From Nitrospiraceae bacterium (GTDB lineage: Bacteria > Nitrospirota > Nitrospiria > Nitrospirales > Nitrospiraceae), in contig JBFWWG010000008.1 in NCBI GenBank assembly GCA_050246315.1, positions 64,001 through 128,000 on the forward strand: a stretch of DNA of 64,000 nucleotides, read 5' to 3'. The position numbers and the translations under genes were made by a program. Under the pieces are notes generated by a model. That model was not told the origin of the DNA. It ran no database searches and saw only the letters and a list, made by a program, of their open reading frames with translations. Shown here in pieces: positions 60,244-64,000 of this stretch (position 1 is its first letter; each line of letters opens with the position of its first letter).

Positions 60244-62766
60244 CTATTTTGTCGCAATAAGTTGTATCTCACCAGGAGAAAACTCTCGTCCGAATTGCCG
60301 GAGCTGAACATCCGTAAATCCTGCTCGGAGAAACACGCTTCGGAGGTCCTCCGGATCCATGCAGAGCATGTGGAAATTACTGGGGTAATCTTGACCGCTG
60401 AACAACTTCATGTTTGCCCAGAGGCCTGGCGTTATTTGCCCATAGAGCTCCACCACGGCCTTCTCATCATCTGGATGCTCCGGTGTTGTCTCGCCGCTTC
60501 CATAGCGCTCCATGATGAAACGGAGATTCGGGGTGCGAATGTATGCTCTGCCGCCGAGGATCAGGACTCTATAAATCTCGCTTGCCAGCCAAGGCAAAGA
60601 TCGCCAGGTGATGTGCTCAATCACATGGTTGGCCAGAATCTCACCGACGGTGTTCTCGTGAAATGGTAGTGGGTCTAATATGTCGTGTTGGATATCCAAG
60701 CTTGGAGCAGAGGTCATCACATCCAGGTGAATGTATCCTGGTTGTGGATGCATTCCCGAGCCTATCTCGCATCGAAACGGGAACCGGCCGACTTGCCGAC
60801 TCTCGGGCTTATCATATTTTGAGACAATCGAAGGGGGCACATCATGTAGCCAAGGCCATGTAGCTCCTTCATTGGATTCGATCTCCGCAAGGAGGCAATA
60901 GTCGGCAATGTCTGGTGTCAGATACTTCGCCCATCTTTGGCTGAGGATTTCTCTGTTGTAGAGATCGTCAGGATTTTCCTGCCCTCGGCGTCCACGACTG
61001 AAGCCTTCATGGTGATAGACAATGCTTTCTGGACAATAGGCAAGTAGTTTTCCCGCGTCGAGTAGCTTAAAGCAGAGATCGGTGTCCTCACCGCCCATGC
61101 GGAAGCTCCTGTCAAACCCTCCCAGACCTAGAAAAGACTGCTTCCGAACCAAGAGACATGCACCGGTGAGGATACGAAAGAAGCGGAAACGGTTGGCAGC
61201 TGAGAACTGTTTCGGTAGAAAGCGATACAGGTGTTCAGCGATGCCCTGCTCATTCACGACAGTGCCACAGTGCTGAATGAGTTCGGATCCGGGATACACC
61301 AGCTTCGGACCGACCGCCCCAATACGGCTATCCGATTCCATCACGGTCATAAGCTGGCCAAGCCAATCCGGAGTCACAGTCGTATCGTTGTTCAGGAACA
61401 CAATGTACTCGCCCTTTGCCATCTCTACTCCGGCATTACACGCACCTGAAAATCCTGTATTGCGGGCGTTGTGCACGATCCGCACCCGAGGCTCCCATTC
61501 ACGCAGCCGTTCCAGACTATCATCTGTTGATCCATCCACGACAACGATGACCTCAAAAACCACCCCTGCGCCACACCTGAAAATCGACGAAAGGCACTGA
61601 GCGAGGAGTGGAAAGTCATTGTAGTGCGGGATAACAATTGAGACCTTCGGATTCGCTGTTTGCTCCAGCAGGTTGCGAACCGAGGACAGCACCAATTCTG
61701 GAGTGAGACCTTCCATACAACGGACTGTCTCCCATGGGCATGGTGGTGCAAAGATAGCTGGAACCGGTCGTTGCCGGTGGTGGCACCCGCGGCAGAAGAT
61801 ATCGGAATACAAGACTGACGGTAGCGCCCAATCAGCCACTCGCTTCTCTGGATTCGTACAACCGAAAAGCGCCACCGTGGGCCTACGCATCGCGTAGGCA
61901 ATGTGCATCAATGACGAATCTACGGTGAGAATGATGCTTGCCTTGAAAATGATGGCCGCGGCCTCGCGAATTGTCGTCCTACCGCGGAGATCGAAACCGA
62001 ACTTAATGTCGCAATCTTTCTCACTGCCGAGAACGACCACTTGTACGCCGTCGCTACTCAGTTGTTCTGCGACAATGTCAAAATAATTCATCGGCCAATC
62101 CCGAACCGACCATCCAGACCTTACCTGAATGCCGCAGATCGGCTTACAGATATCCACACCGTACTCGGCCAGGATCTCGGCGGCCCTGGCGAGTTCGCTC
62201 TGCTGCAGATAGACTTCAGGTGTCTTGTCATGAACCGTCACGTCGCCGATTCGCGCGTAAGCATCGACAATGTGCTCGTCCGGTGTGTACTCGTAGTCCA
62301 TCTCGAGCGTAACATCGTACCCGTCGAGTGGCACCTCGGCTTTGACAATGGCATTTACGTGAGGATTACCCTTGAGGATATCCGGATAGAGCGTGGCAAC
62401 GACAATCTTAGCCTCAGGATATCTCTGACGTAACGCTCGCAAAACCGGCGTGAGCAAAAGGACATCCCCCAGCGCCCCGCGGCGAAAAATTTGAATTCGC
62501 TCCGGACAAGGGGTTGGCCGACCCGGATCCGCGCAGGAGGTGGTGGCCCTTGTGTTACCACCTAGACGCAGATGCCGACGCCCATCGAGTTGGGGCATGC
62601 CAATTTGCCTGAAACCCTGCTCGGCAGACAGCGCATAACCGATGATTCGGGAGAGGCCAAGCATAAGGCGGCGATAAGATCCGCTATGCCGAAAAAGGCG
62701 AACTTGAATGCGGGACACATTATCGGCAAGACGCCAAAGTAGCAATTTCAGAGGTCGCATCCTCAT
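60244..62766 (-). CDS. Multidomain GT9 + GT2 + methyltransferase
   Basis: GALGDVL..DLRGRT..VDSSLMHIA (GT9); IVIPHYN..FLNND..EDTDLC (GT2); EIGSG..HLD..HVIEH..RVLILGG..TPN (methyltransferase). Confidence 0.85.
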   Translation of the reverse strand: MRMRPLKLLLWRLADNVSRIQVRLFRHSGSYRRLMLGLSRIIGYALSAEQGFRQIGMPQLDGRRHLRLGGNTRATTSCADPGRPTPCPERIQIFRRGALGDVLLLTPVLRALRQRYPEAKIVVATLYPDILKGNPHVNAIVKAEVPLDGYDVTLEMDYEYTPDEHIVDAYARIGDVTVHDKTPEVYLQQSELARAAEILAEYGVDICKPICGIQVRSGWSVRDWPMNYFDIVAEQLSSDGVQVVVLGSEKDCDIKFGFDLRGRTTIREAAAIIFKASIILTVDSSLMHIAYAMRRPTVALFGCTNPEKRVADWALPSVLYSDIFCRGCHHRQRPVPAIFAPPCPWETVRCMEGLTPELVLSSVRNLLEQTANPKVSIVIPHYNDFPLLAQCLSSIFRCGAGVVFEVIVVVDGSTDDSLERLREWEPRVRIVHNARNTGFSGACNAGVEMAKGEYIVFLNNDTTVTPDWLGQLMTVMESDSRIGAVGPKLVYPGSELIQHCGTVVNEQGIAEHLYRFLPKQFSAANRFRFFRILTGACLLVRKQSFLGLGGFDRSFRMGGEDTDLCFKLLDAGKLLAYCPESIVYHHEGFSRGRRGQENPDDLYNREILSQRWAKYLTPDIADYCLLAEIESNEGATWPWLHDVPPSIVSKYDKPESRQVGRFPFRCEIGSGMHPQPGYIHLDVMTSAPSLDIQHDILDPLPFHENTVGEILANHVIEHITWRSLPWLASEIYRVLILGGRAYIRTPNLRFIMERYGSGETTPEHPDDEKAVVELYGQITPGLWANMKLFSGQDYPSNFHMLCMDPEDLRSVFLRAGFTDVQLRQFGREFSPGEIQLIATK

Positions 62767-64000
62767 GGCGACCACCGGTACGGCGAATCCGCGACTCCCT
62801 CAACCCAAGGCCGACACACTCGCGGAGGAAAGGCGAGATTGAAATCATGATCATCCAGGCTCAGATTTGGACTGTAGAATGGGTCCTTCGTCAACACATC
62901 CCCCCATCGTGCTTTCATATACGCGACTTCTCGCGCAAAGGATGAACGTCGTTTCCGCGAATCATCAGGCATCCTTGTCGCACTTTCAAGATGATAGAGT
63001 TCCGCATATGGCGTCCACAATATCCGGTAGCCTCGTTCCCTGAGGCGAATGCATAAATCGACATCGTTGAATGCTATCGGCAACTCGACCTCGTTTAATC
63101 CCCCCAGTTCCAAGTACACTGATCTCCGCATGACAAGACATGCCGCTGTCACTGCGGAGACATCCTGAGCAACCTGCATGCGGCCATGATATCCCGGTGC
63201 CTCCCGCGGCTGACGGCGGAAGGCATGCCCCGCCACACCCTGTATTCCCAAGACAACTCCGGCATGCTGAATCGAACCATCAGGAAAATACAGCTTCGCG
63301 CCGACCGCACCGATTTCCGGGCGCAACGCATGGCCGACCATTTCTCGCAACCAGTCTGGCGCAATCACCTCGATGTCGTTATTGATCAGTCCGACGACAA
63401 CCCCGCTGGCTTCGTGAACAGCCATGTTATTGATAGCCGAGAAATTGTATGCGCCGTCATATCTCAGAATGCGAACCCGAGGAGCCTGCTGAAGCTCCGC
63501 AAAGTAGTCGAGCGTTTCCGTCTCTTCACTCTGATTGTCAACGATAATCACTTCGATCTTGTCATAATTCGTTCTGTTTAGGATTCCATCTACACAGCTA
63601 CGCAGCAATTCAACCTTATCCTTGGTGGGGATGATCAGGCTGACAAGGGGAGCATCACTGGGCACAGAATAGACGACACGATGAGAGGATGAACAAGACT
63701 CCTTAATGTCATTGACGCTAAGTTTCTTCCTCTCGAAATGCGAAAGGAGGGCCAGACGGGCGGCTCCATTTGTGCCGTCTTCCCTATCCAGACTCCCAAG
63801 GATCGTCCTTCGATGATACAGGACGAACGGTATGTGGGAAATACGTTCAGGTACCGTCTCCTCGATGATCCGCAAGTTGAGGTCGTAGTCTTCGCCACCG
63901 CCATAGCCCGGTCGGCAACCTCCTATTCTCTCTAGCAGGGAGGCACGATAGACTCCTAGATGAGAAATGTAATTTTGACCCAGAAAAAGATCGGGATTCC
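62763..64000 (-). CDS. Tandem-GT2 glycosyltransferase, C-terminal part (starts outside window)
   Basis: Frame is open to the edge (NPDLFLGQNYISHL..EDYDL); VSLIIPT, NFSAINN, INND, AVTAAC, NDVDLC, DPFYSPNL. Confidence 0.9.
   Translation of the reverse strand, partial: NPDLFLGQNYISHLGVYRASLLERIGGCRPGYGGGEDYDLNLRIIEETVPERISHIPFVLYHRRTILGSLDREDGTNGAARLALLSHFERKKLSVNDIKESCSSSHRVVYSVPSDAPLVSLIIPTKDKVELLRSCVDGILNRTNYDKIEVIIVDNQSEETETLDYFAELQQAPRVRILRYDGAYNFSAINNMAVHEASGVVVGLINNDIEVIAPDWLREMVGHALRPEIGAVGAKLYFPDGSIQHAGVVLGIQGVAGHAFRRQPREAPGYHGRMQVAQDVSAVTAACLVMRRSVYLELGGLNEVELPIAFNDVDLCIRLRERGYRILWTPYAELYHLESATRMPDDSRKRRSSFAREVAYMKARWGDVLTKDPFYSPNLSLDDHDFNLAFPPRVCRPWVEGVADSPYRWSP

Overview
High-GC bacterial chromosome segment. 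The gene content and order (recO-mgtE-era-ftsB-eno; glmU-glmS-gatC-panD-gatA-DUF948-YtxH-gatB; fbp-fbaB-PIN/TRAM-ispD-ispF-cysE) suggest a Nitrospira-like organism; this is inference. Most of the window is housekeeping, with three accessory zones. (1) 17.0-21.9 kb: a chromosomal integron between holB and metG, with intI, a Pc-like promoter, attI and two attC sites. Its cassettes encode an FRG-domain protein, a stand-alone Cap12/Pycsar-type TIR-like protein and a truncated pair of membrane proteins. Distally the array ends in a rearranged patch: a 315-bp duplication of the holB 3' end, hicB with a frameshifted hicA, and four copies of a ...GACCCCGTTAC-ending motif, three of which sit at rearrangement breakpoints. 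(2) 27.6-38.8 kb: a probable metal-homeostasis region (CDF transporter, COG0523 GTPase, TonB-dependent receptor, TonB). The receptor is preceded by a His-rich exported leader ending in RAPP whose codons carry an anti-SD for the receptor, a candidate metal-sensing ribosome-stalling switch. (3) 50.6-64 kb: a surface-glycan cluster with decayed IS630, IS3 and ISL3 remnants. A family of CTAG-ended MITEs and several structured intergenic elements are scattered through the window. No rRNA, tRNA or CRISPR array was seen.
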